DNA of 64,000 nucleotides from Escherichia coli O157 typing phage 8: sequence record KP869106; one strand, 5' to 3'. Shown piece by piece: positions 27,856 to 37,535 of this stretch (position 1 is its first letter; each line of letters starts with the position of its first letter). The notes under the pieces were generated by a model. It saw only the letters and a program-made list of their open reading frames with translations, ran no database searches and was not told where the DNA came from. The position numbers and the translations under genes were made by a program.

Positions 27856-28152
27856 ATGAAATTATCAAATAAAGTTCGTGAAAATCTAAGCAAATTACTC
27901 AACAAAATTGATTTCATTGAAACATCAAGAAATAGCCATGATGTTATGGAATGGTTACACGGCAAAATAAAAGGTCGTCGTGTAGTGATTTGCTTATGGA
28001 ATAGTTGCAGGGAGTATAAAAAACCTGTATTGCAAGTTAATATCTATGATGATACTCTTAAAAGTCCTGTCAAATCTAAAAGTGATTTATTAGAATCTTA
28101 TGAGATAACTGTAAGTGGCAAAGTATCACGTAAAGAGGAAGCACCATGTTAA
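27856..28152 (+). CDS. early-array small protein (unknown function)
   Basis: ORF behind type-B cassette. Confidence 0.5.
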   Translation: MKLSNKVRENLSKLLNKIDFIETSRNSHDVMEWLHGKIKGRRVVICLWNSCREYKKPVLQVNIYDDTLKSPVKSKSDLLESYEITVSGKVSRKEEAPC

Positions 28153-28478
28153 TGACTGGTATCACTGCAATCATTGCCATTTTCGCGCTCTATAAGGCAT
28201 ATAAAGCCTATAATCTAGCAAATAAGGCAATCACACAACAGGTTAGCAATAGCCTTGTAATGAGCTTTCTAGAGCGGTTGAGCGATGAACAATTAAAGCG
28301 GTTAGAAATGAGCTTCAGATTCAGGGCGAGAACTTATCAAATCAGCGACATTTTCAAAGATGATTTTCAATTAGTCGATGATTATAATTCTCTGATAAAT
28401 GCTTTAAATATTAGTGACTTAAAAGACTATCATACTGTAATTGTTCAAGAGTTGAGCAAACGAAAACAAAACTGTTGA
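28146..28478 (+). CDS. early-array small membrane protein (unknown function)
   Basis: N-terminal hydrophobic helix; overlapping start with preceding ORF. Confidence 0.45.
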   Translation: MLMTGITAIIAIFALYKAYKAYNLANKAITQQVSNSLVMSFLERLSDEQLKRLEMSFRFRARTYQISDIFKDDFQLVDDYNSLINALNISDLKDYHTVIVQELSKRKQNC

Positions 28479-28503
28479 CACTGATTTTTAGATAGATTAA
28501 ATT
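28475..28503 (+). promoter_or_regulatory. sigma70-like promoter TTGACA-17-TAAATT
   Basis: Consensus -35, 17 bp spacer; same module at 29339. Confidence 0.45.
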
Positions 28504-28509
28504 ACACAT

Positions 28510-28567
28510 CAACGGGGAGGCAATAAACACCCCACTAAATAAAGCCCTTAAACTAGGAGATTCTAAA
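28510..28567 (+). promoter_or_regulatory. type-A leader cassette (variant hairpin GGGGAGGCAATAAACACCCC)
   Basis: Cassette repeat. Confidence 0.45.
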
Positions 28568-28840
28568 ATGTATACTACTAACAACGGTCGCACTTTAAAT
28601 GTCACTCTACGTCACTATGTAGACGGTGTGATGCACTTTGAGGATTTACAGGCTGAGCAACATATCTTAGATTGGCAAGTCGCAGGACTCCAAAAAACTG
28701 CTACCGGATACGGCAAAAAGATTCCAACTAGCTGGAAAGTATACTATGAAGGACGTTTGCGCAGAATTTATCAGGATGTATGTAGCAATAGCACATCAAG
28801 TTACATCATAGTAAAAGGTAAAAAACTGCATTTAGTATAA
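28568..28840 (+). CDS. early-array small protein (unknown function)
   Basis: ORF behind type-A cassette. Confidence 0.5.
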   Translation: MYTTNNGRTLNVTLRHYVDGVMHFEDLQAEQHILDWQVAGLQKTATGYGKKIPTSWKVYYEGRLRRIYQDVCSNSTSSYIIVKGKKLHLV

Positions 28841-28845
28841 AGTAC

Positions 28846-28925
28846 TTTACAGGGGGCTTATTAGTCTGTACAGTAAGCCCCAGATAAAGAGCTTTACCAC
28901 TCAATCCTAAATTGGAGATTCTAAA
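28846..28925 (+). promoter_or_regulatory. type-B cassette
   Basis: Cassette repeat. Confidence 0.45.
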
Positions 28926-29330
28926 ATGGCTATTAATAATCGTGAGTTGTCAATCTTAAAAGCACGTTTAACCGTTAATCGAATCAATGTTATTACATCA
29001 TCAGCACCGGATGAAACATTGCACAACATTATCGGAAAGATTCAAAGCGTTATCTTAGACGTTGAAAACGTAAAAAACTCATTGGCTGACGTTGCAGCAG
29101 GTATCACGCTAGACGGTGCACAATATGAAATGGTCGACATGTTAGGCAAATCTAAGGTAATGAATAAAGAGTTAGACTTGAAAATGTTTAGATTTGCCGT
29201 GAAAGTGTGGCTATCTGTTGAGTATGATGCTAATTTTGCAATCGCTGATTTCTTTGCCACTTGGTTACAACGTAATTTGGCAAATCATGACTTTCGTGAC
29301 ATCTGCGACGCAATTTATGCAGAACTCTAA
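28926..29330 (+). CDS. early-array small protein (unknown function)
   Basis: ORF behind type-B cassette. Confidence 0.5.
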   Translation: MAINNRELSILKARLTVNRINVITSSAPDETLHNIIGKIQSVILDVENVKNSLADVAAGITLDGAQYEMVDMLGKSKVMNKELDLKMFRFAVKVWLSVEYDANFAIADFFATWLQRNLANHDFRDICDAIYAEL

Positions 29331-29338
29331 AAATTTTA

Positions 29339-29367
29339 TTGACACTGATTTTTAGATAGATTAAATT
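29339..29367 (+). promoter_or_regulatory. sigma70-like promoter TTGACA-17-TAAATT
   Basis: Near-identical to the 28475 promoter. Confidence 0.45.
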
Positions 29368-29373
29368 ACACAT

Positions 29374-29431
29374 CAACGGGGAGGGAATGACCTTCCCCAC
29401 TAAGTAAAGTCCTTAAACTAGGAGATTCAAA
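29374..29431 (+). promoter_or_regulatory. type-A leader cassette
   Basis: Cassette repeat. Confidence 0.5.
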
Positions 29432-29629
29432 ATGGCTATTATCAACGGTTTAACCATTGAAACCACGCACATCAAAGACATTAAAGTTGGTGATGTAGTT
29501 CTTTCCCACGGCGTAGAAAAAACAGTCACTGCAAAGGATATCAAAGATGATTCTTTCATGGGTAGAACTCTCTTCGGTGATTCTTATTGCTTAGGTTATC
29601 TTGCAGTTTTAAAAGTTGTCAAAAATTAA
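29432..29629 (+). CDS. early-array small protein (unknown function)
   Basis: ORF behind type-A cassette. Confidence 0.45.
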   Translation: MAIINGLTIETTHIKDIKVGDVVLSHGVEKTVTAKDIKDDSFMGRTLFGDSYCLGYLAVLKVVKN

Positions 29630-29641
29630 CTGATAAAGTAC

Positions 29642-29722
29642 TTTACAAGGGGCTTATAGTTCGATAAAGTAAGCCCCAGATAAAGAGCTTTACCACTAAA
29701 TCCTTAAACTAGGAGATTCAAA
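29642..29722 (+). promoter_or_regulatory. type-B cassette
   Basis: Cassette repeat. Confidence 0.45.
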
Positions 29723-30265
29723 ATGAAATGCTTTCACGGTACTACTCAAGAAAACTTTATCAACCTGATTAATAACGGTGATAAACCATCAGGTGTATGG
29801 AATTGTTCGGATATGGACGGCAATTTTTACGTGTACCCAGAAAATAAACTCTATGGTGATGATGAGGAAGAGATAGCATCGGAAGGTATCCAGCAAGCTC
29901 TAGGAAATGCCACTATCACGGCAGCTTTTCAGATGAAAACTCAAAATATTGTTATCTTAGAACTTGACATTCCAGAGGATGAGCTAAATGATGATTATTC
30001 TTGTGATAACATGTCAAATATAGCAAGCTTTACAGAGTACTTTGATGTAAATTGGATTAAAAAGGTCTATACAACAGAGTTCAACGCTATGTATTCACCT
30101 TTTTGTCTCCCTTCACTGGATAACCCAAATTTAAATTATCTTGATGAAACATTGGAGCTACTTGCTAAAAGTATCCAACAATCCGACAGTATTCAGGTTT
30201 TTTGTGACATCATGGATACACTGACAGAAAACATTGTAGAGAGTGATTTAAAGGTCTTTTTCTAA
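29723..30265 (+). CDS. early-array acidic protein (unknown function)
   Basis: 180 aa, D/E-rich; behind type-B cassette. Confidence 0.5.
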   Translation: MKCFHGTTQENFINLINNGDKPSGVWNCSDMDGNFYVYPENKLYGDDEEEIASEGIQQALGNATITAAFQMKTQNIVILELDIPEDELNDDYSCDNMSNIASFTEYFDVNWIKKVYTTEFNAMYSPFCLPSLDNPNLNYLDETLELLAKSIQQSDSIQVFCDIMDTLTENIVESDLKVFF

Positions 30266-30331
30266 AAACCTATACATTCACCTTATAAACACTGATTAAC
30301 CCCTTACAGGGGCTTTTAGAGGGCTTAAATC

Positions 30332-30565
30332 ATGCTTACAACCATTTATCTCATCCTTTCCATTTGTAACGGCCATTCATGTGACTTTAAAGGGCTTGAA
30401 GAGTTTACAGGAAGTAAAGAAAATGCTATTCAAGTTTGCCAGATAGCAAGACAAGACTACCCCGCCAGTGATGATATACAATGTTACTTTAAGACAGAAG
30501 ATGACGAAGGAATCTATTTCGACAGTGTCGATGGTCAATATGAAATTATCATTGAAAAAGACTAG
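30332..30565 (+). CDS. early-array small protein (unknown function)
   Basis: ORF. Confidence 0.45.
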   Translation: MLTTIYLILSICNGHSCDFKGLEEFTGSKENAIQVCQIARQDYPASDDIQCYFKTEDDEGIYFDSVDGQYEIIIEKD

Positions 30566-30597
30566 ACAAGCCTGATAAAAGTCTGTAAATTATCAAT

Positions 30598-30658
30598 CAA
30601 CGGGGAGGGAATGACCTTCCCCACTAAGTAAAGTCCTTAAACTAGGAGATTCCAAAAA
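30598..30658 (+). promoter_or_regulatory. type-A leader cassette
   Basis: Cassette repeat. Confidence 0.5.
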
Positions 30659-30907
30659 ATGTATACTAAAACTCAACTAAAAAACATGGTTAGCAATGGC
30701 TTAATGGATGAAGTCTATAAAGAGTGTAGACGCTACGGGGAAATTAAGGATAAGACTAGTTATGAGTATACCCACACAATAGACTTTAAAACCAATGAGA
30801 AGAGGACTGACCTTGTTACTGTAGTAGTGATTGAGTATAAACGAATTATTTGGACCTTTGAGCTAGTAAAAGGTGAGTGCACAGAGATAGAATATAAAGA
30901 CGCTTAA
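30659..30907 (+). CDS. early-array small protein (unknown function)
   Basis: ORF behind type-A cassette. Confidence 0.5.
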   Translation: MYTKTQLKNMVSNGLMDEVYKECRRYGEIKDKTSYEYTHTIDFKTNEKRTDLVTVVVIEYKRIIWTFELVKGECTEIEYKDA

Positions 30908-30912
30908 AGTAC

Positions 30913-30992
30913 TTTACATGGGGCTTATTAGTCTGTATAGTAAGCCCCAGATAAAGAGCTTTACCACTCAATCCTAAACTGGAGATTCTAAA
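30913..30992 (+). promoter_or_regulatory. type-B cassette (TTTACA-17-TATAGT inside palindrome)
   Basis: Cassette repeat with best-matching -10. Confidence 0.5.
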
Positions 30993-31334
30993 ATGGCTTA
31001 TGTAACCGTAATTACCGATAAAGCTGGCTCATCTTGGTCAACTCAAGTAAGTGATAAGATGTCACCTATGCAGTGCCTAAAATACTTTGAACAGTGGAAC
31101 AAAGGCGAGGGTGTAAGCCCCTTTCAAGTGATGCAAATCATCCATACAGATAACGAAGGGAATAAAACGACCTTGAACAGTGAATACTACGCAAGCCGTT
31201 TTGAAACGAGAAGTAAAACAATGAAGCTTTTACGTGAATCCGGTTATGCACATATTGCCGCTTTAATCTGGGATGACCTGCTAAAAAGTCAGCGTATCAG
31301 CTATGTAAAGCCTGAAAAAATCTTCATAAGTTAA
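30993..31334 (+). CDS. early-array small protein (unknown function)
   Basis: ORF behind type-B cassette. Confidence 0.5.
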   Translation: MAYVTVITDKAGSSWSTQVSDKMSPMQCLKYFEQWNKGEGVSPFQVMQIIHTDNEGNKTTLNSEYYASRFETRSKTMKLLRESGYAHIAALIWDDLLKSQRISYVKPEKIFIS

Positions 31335-31497
31335 TCAATAACTTACAAAAAACTTTTAAAAAAGTGTTGACAATACCCATTGACATTGGTAACTTTGTTC
31401 GAGGGGGTTATCTAAAAGGGATTCACTTAATAGATTCTTTATAGATAAACTTAAAAAATTGCTTGCAAAGGCAAATCAAAACAAGTATAGTACTAAT

Positions 31498-31555
31498 CAA
31501 CGGGGAGGGAATGACCTTCCCCACTAAGTAAAGTCCTTAAACTAGGAGATTCAAA
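31498..31555 (+). promoter_or_regulatory. type-A leader cassette (preceded by TTGCAA-17-TATAGT promoter-like site)
   Basis: Cassette repeat. Confidence 0.5.
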
Positions 31556-32086
31556 ATGAACAAGTTTCAAGCTATCAACTACATTCGCTCATCTAACGTT
31601 ATGACTAAACCCGTTAAAGATACCTTCGAATTTCGTTGCAACGGTGTACACTTTGCAACTATCACTAAATCAGAAAACGGGGCTTATTATATACATCGTC
31701 GTAATGTTTCTACTGTTGTAGTATCTCACTTTATGCAAGCTGTAGCAGAACTGTTACCGCTATTCTTAGGTATTTACTTAGATGAGTGTAAAAACGTTCG
31801 CAACCACGTTAAAGACCTTTTAAATGGTTATAAAATGGCTTATGAACGTTCTATCAAGAATCTTAACAAGTTCTATAAAGCCCCTGAAAACACCGTATCA
31901 ATAGCTTATGATGTAAGTGGTGAAATGGTCAACCTCTCCAATGTAGAACAAATTGGCCTTTATGATTTACGTCCTAGCGGTTATTCTAAGACTCTCGGTG
32001 AAGGCTTATCCTTCAATATCAAGAACTTAGAAAAAACTTTAAAAGATATTGAAAAAGATATTGACGAGACAATCAAAAGTCTGTAA
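31556..32086 (+). CDS. early-array protein (unknown function)
   Basis: ORF behind type-A cassette. Confidence 0.5.
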   Translation: MNKFQAINYIRSSNVMTKPVKDTFEFRCNGVHFATITKSENGAYYIHRRNVSTVVVSHFMQAVAELLPLFLGIYLDECKNVRNHVKDLLNGYKMAYERSIKNLNKFYKAPENTVSIAYDVSGEMVNLSNVEQIGLYDLRPSGYSKTLGEGLSFNIKNLEKTLKDIEKDIDETIKSL

Positions 32087-32095
32087 ATTGTCAAT

Positions 32096-32153
32096 CAACG
32101 GGGAGGGATTAACCTTCCCACTAAGTAAAGTCCTTAAACTAGGAGATTCAAAA
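32096..32153 (+). promoter_or_regulatory. type-A leader cassette
   Basis: Cassette repeat. Confidence 0.5.
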
Positions 32154-32417
32154 ATGGAACACGTAGAATTAACCACACTATTGCAGATTGCAACTGACAA
32201 AGAAGACGTAGCGTTGTTTCACCGTATCGAAAGTGATTTGTTCAATGGTGAAATCATTAAAGAATCTTACGAAGTTGTCGGATTCAAAGATGGTAAAGCA
32301 TTTGGCTTTTTTGACCTCGACAAAAGCAAAGCGGTTACAATGTACGATGTTCTATCTTGTGAAATTCTGACAAAATACAACGAAAAAAGGCTTGCAACCT
32401 ACGCCAATATGCAGTAA
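32154..32417 (+). CDS. early-array small protein (unknown function)
   Basis: Start moved to internal ATG at 32154 directly behind cassette RBS. Confidence 0.5.
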   Translation: MEHVELTTLLQIATDKEDVALFHRIESDLFNGEIIKESYEVVGFKDGKAFGFFDLDKSKAVTMYDVLSCEILTKYNEKRLATYANMQ

Positions 32418-32426
32418 ATTACTAAA

Positions 32427-32485
32427 CAACGGGGAGGGAATGACCTTCCCCACTAAATAAAGTCCTAAACTGGAGATTCTAAATT
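32427..32485 (+). promoter_or_regulatory. type-A leader cassette
   Basis: Cassette repeat. Confidence 0.5.
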
Positions 32486-32734
32486 ATGTCAACTATCCGC
32501 GTAACTGTTAATGCTTATGGCTGCCACCAACTTGATGCAAAATTCGATATCGGTGGAACAGATAACACCTTTGACCTTATCAAAATGCTGATTCAGCAGG
32601 TGATACCAGATTATAACCCTACTGATGACTTCTGGAAAGATGCCGTAAAAGAAGCCATAAACGAGGAATCTCACTACCATTATTGGGGTGACTTGATTGT
32701 CTCTCTGTACTACAGCAAACAAGGTTACAACTAA
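32486..32734 (+). CDS. early-array small protein (unknown function)
   Basis: ORF behind type-A cassette; last gene before gene-free region. Confidence 0.5.
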   Translation: MSTIRVTVNAYGCHQLDAKFDIGGTDNTFDLIKMLIQQVIPDYNPTDDFWKDAVKEAINEESHYHYWGDLIVSLYYSKQGYN

Positions 32735-32739
32735 TCGAC

Positions 32740-32800
32740 GCAGCGGGGCTAAATAGCCCCAGATACCTGAAAAGCTCCTTCTCATAGGGGCTTTTTTACG
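32740..32800 (+). terminator. putative tandem terminator hairpins
   Basis: GCGGGGCT-AAAT-AGCCCC hairpin, then CCTTCTCATAGGGG followed by CTTTTTT. Confidence 0.45.
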
Positions 32801-34400
32801 TCTATAAAGAGACTCTATACAATCCCTTTCCTTTCCTTCCTAGAATCTATCCCGTACCTTAAAAGCAATAACTCTATAGCTTACTCTATAGCCCCTTATC
32901 AAATCAACTTAAATATAAGCCCATAACCCGAAAGGGAAGGGCAACCATTTAAACGCTCTATAAAGCCCTATAACAGCCTTATCAACCTAACTTAAGCAAT
33001 CATATTAACCCACTCTAAAAAGCCCTTTATAGAGCTTTCTAGAGCCTTAAAAGAATCTTATAAGGGTACAAGCTTATAAGCTGGCTAGTATCTTGTGAAT
33101 ATCTAAACAACCCCTTGATAGTCACTAAAAAGTATGTTATAGGGGCTATAGAGTTACTTCAAAGTTACGTAAAAAGAGCTATAAAGTTACGTAAATGCTA
33201 GCCCCCTTAACATTTTCTTAACAATTTCTTAACAATCCCTACATAGTTATGCTTGTTAGAGACTTGTTAGCCCCTTGTTAAATCTCTGTTAAGACCATGT
33301 AAAAGCCTTGTAAAAGTCTTTGGCATAGCCTTAAAAGCTTCTGTAAAGCCCTATAAAGAGCTATCCATACAGTTGAGGGGTAGATACTAGTAAGAGGCTT
33401 AAAAGAACTTATAAGGGGCTATAGAGAGCTTTTAAGAGGTATGTTTAAGGAATCACTAAGAGGGAAAGGGAAACGATAAGAAAAGAGATAGTGACCATGT
33501 TAATAGCTTGTTAAAAAGATTAAACACTTGTTAGGAACTTGTTAATTATCTTAATTGGTATTGTTACCAATCCCTACAAAATAACTCTTTAAAATTAACT
33601 TGTTAGCTCTTGTTAGTCATCTGTTAAGATTCTGTAAAGCCTATTCAGCACTTGTTAAGAATCTATTAAGCTCTTGTTAGTTCTGTTAAGAAACTGTTAA
33701 GACCTTTGAAGAGTTGTTAAGAAGATGTGAGAGTTGTTAAGGAATTGTTAAGGATATTTTAAAATTCTGCAAAGGGGGTGTTACAGGGCTGTTAAGGGCT
33801 ACCAAGCAGATATACATCCTAATCAGATATTTTTCAGTTCCTTCAAAGACCCTAAAAAAATGACTTGATAGTCCTATTTTATAAAAATTTTAAGATTCTG
33901 AATAATTACCCAGACAGTCTTTTAAAAATACAGGTAGAAACAGGCTTATAAGATACCTTGTTAGTACCGTGTTAGACCTTGTGAGATAAGGTCTGTAAAG
34001 GTATTCCTGTTAAGTTTGTTAAAACAGTCTATATAGAGGCTTAGTAGTGTCTAGTGAACACCTATAGAGAGTGTCATAGCTTACATAGAGATTAAGAGGT
34101 GTATAGAGGCTTCTAAGAGGGTGTAGAGGGATGGTTAAGGCGATTGTATAGGTTGTTAAGAAGGCTTGTTAGAAGAGTGTTTAGAGGGCTATTTAGAAGG
34201 GTTATACAGAGGGGCTATTAAGACCACTAGATAGTTACTAAGACACTATATAGTACTATATAACTATATATATATAGAGAGTAAGATTAAGAAGGTTGTT
34301 AAGAAGGATAGATATTTTATTCACATATGATGGTGACCCAGAGGTTGGGACAACCGATAAAATTTTATAAAAATTAAAAAGCCCCCGATTAAGGAGGCTC
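32790..34400. repeat. 1.6 kb gene-free region dense in short degenerate direct repeats (TGTTAAG, CTTGTTAG, TATAAAG, TATAGAG families)
   Basis: No ORF of 60 aa or more on either strand in the track; more than 15 copies of (N)TGTTAAG in about 33590-33770; AT-rich TATATA tract near 34255-34290; flanked by convergently oriented gene blocks. Confidence 0.6.
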
Positions 34401-34410
34401 TTAAGATATT

Positions 34411-35034
34411 TTAAATCAGTGTTTCCAGAACTGTTTTTAGTGATGACTTGGTTGTCTGATAAAAATGAGTAAAGCCATTGTTGTTATCAAATACCTGCAT
34501 CATGATATCATCCCCCTTGATTGGGTACACTCGGATATCATAGTGAAAACCATTAAAGACACAAGAGCCATTACAGAATGCACTAAAGTCATCCACTGAG
34601 ATATACTCTTCATGTCCTGTGATTTTTATACAAACACCTTTACTCGGTCTCTTAGGGTTGATATCTTCCATCACAGACATACTCTGTCCACCAAGAGACA
34701 CCATAGTGACCACTTTACGGTTCTTCTGTCTAAAGTACATCTTAACTTTCTGCAAAGTGTCTTCATAGAACGGATAAGACCTTTCTACAAAGATTCCTTC
34801 AAGTGGCTCTTTACCATTTTCAACTTCTCGGTTATGCCGTACTGCAAAGATAATTTGTTCGAACCAGTCAAGATTTTCTTCGGAGAGTGCTTCCCGAACA
34901 TCCTTCCAGTCAAGGACTAGATAGTTACCTTCAACATCTTTTAAGTTATCTTTTTCCATATCTATCACACCATTATCGTAAAACTTGATATTCTGGTACT
35001 GCGAATTTATTACTATTGTTCTTGATGAGGTCAT
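34411..35034 (-). CDS. hypothetical protein
   Basis: First ORF of leftward block. Confidence 0.45.
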   Translation of the reverse strand: MTSSRTIVINSQYQNIKFYDNGVIDMEKDNLKDVEGNYLVLDWKDVREALSEENLDWFEQIIFAVRHNREVENGKEPLEGIFVERSYPFYEDTLQKVKMYFRQKNRKVVTMVSLGGQSMSVMEDINPKRPSKGVCIKITGHEEYISVDDFSAFCNGSCVFNGFHYDIRVYPIKGDDIMMQVFDNNNGFTHFYQTTKSSLKTVLETLI

Positions 35035-35437
35035 CCTCTGAAACTAAAAATGTAATACCACATAAGTGTCTGTAACGACTATCATACTCGAATATCTTAA
35101 ACAGATATTTACCATCATGATAAACCTGTTGCACTTCACCTTCTGCAACAATCTCGCCTGTAATAAAATTTTTTAGTTTATACACATTACCGACCTTAGG
35201 TACTGTTTTCATCTCAGGCTCTTTTAGTGCTACACCTATTTTTACATCACCGAGTAAATGAGAACTCTCAAAAGCTACGTGTTTCATATAGGCTTCTGAG
35301 CATTCCCAAATAAAACAATGTACAAGAACCTTAGCAGCATGTCTTGAGCAGTTCAACTTATCACAAATTTCTGTGTACATCTCATCTTTAGTAGAATTGT
35401 CAAGCATTGCTCTTTGCACTACTTCTTTAATTTTCAT
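34973..35437 (-). CDS. hypothetical protein
   Basis: ORF; 3' end overlaps next gene so one boundary is uncertain. Confidence 0.4.
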   Translation of the reverse strand: MKIKEVVQRAMLDNSTKDEMYTEICDKLNCSRHAAKVLVHCFIWECSEAYMKHVAFESSHLLGDVKIGVALKEPEMKTVPKVGNVYKLKNFITGEIVAEGEVQQVYHDGKYLFKIFEYDSRYRHLCGITFLVSEDDLIKNNSNKFAVPEYQVLR

Positions 35438-35849
35438 AAGCTCTCCGAATAACCCTATTAAGCATCTCTAAAGTCAGCTTTCCAGATTCTAAATGCGGCA
35501 TAACAAGCTTTAAAGCTTTTTCAACATCATGCACAATATCAATTATACCTTCTTCATAGGCTTCTACGAGGATATCTTTTACACCGATATAGCCTTCATT
35601 GATAATGATTTGCATATCAAAATCTTCTGATTGCTTGTTTAACTTACCTCTCCAATACCCATCAGCATTAAAAGATATCACTTCACACTCTTTAAAATCC
35701 ATATCATCTGCATGGAATGGAGTAATTATTGTGCATTGGATTGGGTACTCTACACCAGTGGTGTCAACATCAAAGACCTTCACAGAAGTAAGTGGTTTCT
35801 TTGTTTTAGAGCAGTAAACTGTCAATCTTTTACCAATAAGCTCTTTCAT
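35427..35849 (-). CDS. hypothetical protein
   Basis: ORF. Confidence 0.45.
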   Translation of the reverse strand: MKELIGKRLTVYCSKTKKPLTSVKVFDVDTTGVEYPIQCTIITPFHADDMDFKECEVISFNADGYWRGKLNKQSEDFDMQIIINEGYIGVKDILVEAYEEGIIDIVHDVEKALKLVMPHLESGKLTLEMLNRVIRRAYEN

Positions 35850-35901
35850 TTCGCTACCTTCTAAGTTCTACAAAGGGGCTATCAAGTAACCCCTCAAGCT
35901 A

Positions 35902-36126
35902 CTACTCAGACTTTTCAGTCTTCTTATCGGATTTCTTACTAGTCTTCTTCTCAGCTTTCTGTTCAGGTTCCTTCTCAGAAGTTACCTTGATAACCATGTC
36001 AAGAAGCTCTGATAGGTCACTCTTCAGAAGCGTTACAGGCTGCTCATTATAGAAGTTTTTGTCAAGATAGACTTTGAACTCTTCAATAGAAGGAAATCCA
36101 AAAATTGGTACAGGCGTCTTAATCAT
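35902..36126 (-). CDS. hypothetical protein with K/E-rich C-terminal tail
   Basis: ORF. Confidence 0.4.
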   Translation of the reverse strand: MIKTPVPIFGFPSIEEFKVYLDKNFYNEQPVTLLKSDLSELLDMVIKVTSEKEPEQKAEKKTSKKSDKKTEKSE

Positions 36127-36202
36127 TACTTAGTCTCTCCATAGGCATCTTTTAAGATTGCCTTGTTAATCATTTCAGCGATTGCAAAACGAACACATAC
36201 AG

Positions 36203-36736
36203 CTATAATTGTAGGTTGCATTCTTTACTTACCTCTTCAAGTTTAACCTCAGAGTCCTTAAGTCGTTTCTTATGAACTCTGAATCTTATTAGTGAGATGA
36301 TAATACCAGCTAAAGGAACAGTATACAAGTACCAGATATCATGTAGCTTTGCAGTAATCTGTGCAATGGTCAAATCTTGAGCTATGGAACTGATTGCTGA
36401 TACTGCCAGTAACATTGCTAAGAAGAAAGCCAGTATCATAACAATATTCAGACAACCTCTGGCATGGTATTCATGCTTAATGCACTTATTCTTTTCGTCA
36501 ACAACCCTGTTGTAGTCGTTTGTAAAGTCTCTGTAGAAAGCTTTCAAGTATTCTTTATTGTAGCCTTCAAAGCAACCTGTACCGTACCAATAATCACCAC
36601 CAAAATGTGCTATGATACCGGTATCTCCATTTGGTTTGGTTACTCTTAGAGAGACATGATGACCAGTCTTCTGGTAATCTATCTTATATCTTTCTTCGTA
36701 AATCATTTTCCAACCCCTCTCAATCTCTTGTTCCAT
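36203..36736 (-). CDS. hypothetical membrane protein
   Basis: Two C-terminal hydrophobic helices. Confidence 0.45.
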   Translation of the reverse strand: MEQEIERGWKMIYEERYKIDYQKTGHHVSLRVTKPNGDTGIIAHFGGDYWYGTGCFEGYNKEYLKAFYRDFTNDYNRVVDEKNKCIKHEYHARGCLNIVMILAFFLAMLLAVSAISSIAQDLTIAQITAKLHDIWYLYTVPLAGIIISLIRFRVHKKRLKDSEVKLEEVSKECNLQL

Positions 36737-36921
36737 TCAAGGTCAACAAATCTTTGTAGTGCTTTGCCTCTAGGTGTTACACCTTTTAAATCTGCATCGT
36801 AACAATGGTAAAAGTCACCTTCAGCGTGTTTACCATAGCATTTTCTGATATTCTGGCTTCTGCGATACTGTTCTAACAAGGACAGTTTGTAGTAATCTTC
36901 AACTGTAGTTAGTTTTTTCAT
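36703..36921 (-). CDS. hypothetical protein
   Basis: ORF. Confidence 0.35.
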   Translation of the reverse strand: MKKLTTVEDYYKLSLLEQYRRSQNIRKCYGKHAEGDFYHCYDADLKGVTPRGKALQRFVDLEWNKRLRGVGK

Positions 36922-37463
36922 TCTTTCACCATAGCATTTCTGAACTGGCGTTGTGTTTCTCTTGTAATTTCGTTTGGAGTAAACCCTGCTTTTAGCATAT
37001 CTCTGAAAAGAACTTCTAAGTGGTCCCTCTCAATGATGTAAATGGCATTCTGAATAGCTGTTTTACGCTCCTTCAGGTCGCTGCTAATCTCTTCGCACTT
37101 GCTTGTAAGTTCTGTGTCAACTTTCTTATAGACTGGCATAACATGTGCATAACAACCTTTATTGGTCTCCATGAAGAATTTAAAAGATTCCTCAGAGTCC
37201 TTTAGAGCAATCCCTATAAAGTCCTTGTAAGCACCTGTGAAAGATAAGGAATCAATCTCAGCAGTTGAGTATACAGTCCCTGCACACAGTCTTGCAGAAG
37301 TACTGAATGTGTGGTTTGGTGTTGTGTCAAAGTCTAAGTTCTTCAGTGGTCGGAAATAAACTATACCATTGTGTGAGATGTGTGTTACAACAGCCTCAAC
37401 GCTCTTTGAAGGATTCTGTTTAACATACAAAATAATTTTATCGTGTTCTTTCACTTTAGCCAT
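36918..37463 (-). CDS. hypothetical protein
   Basis: ORF. Confidence 0.45.
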   Translation of the reverse strand: MAKVKEHDKIILYVKQNPSKSVEAVVTHISHNGIVYFRPLKNLDFDTTPNHTFSTSARLCAGTVYSTAEIDSLSFTGAYKDFIGIALKDSEESFKFFMETNKGCYAHVMPVYKKVDTELTSKCEEISSDLKERKTAIQNAIYIIERDHLEVLFRDMLKAGFTPNEITRETQRQFRNAMVKE

Positions 37464-37535
37464 ATCTATTCTCCAAAAACTAAAAAGGGAACTACCTCTC
37501 GATAGCTCCCATCATAATCAATATTGTATACTCGG

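Noticed and set aside
32790-34400. Possible CRISPR array or satellite-type tandem repeat in the gene-free region
   Set aside because: Repeats are short degenerate words without a fixed period or repeat-spacer organisation; more consistent with iteron-like or terminus-type low-complexity DNA.
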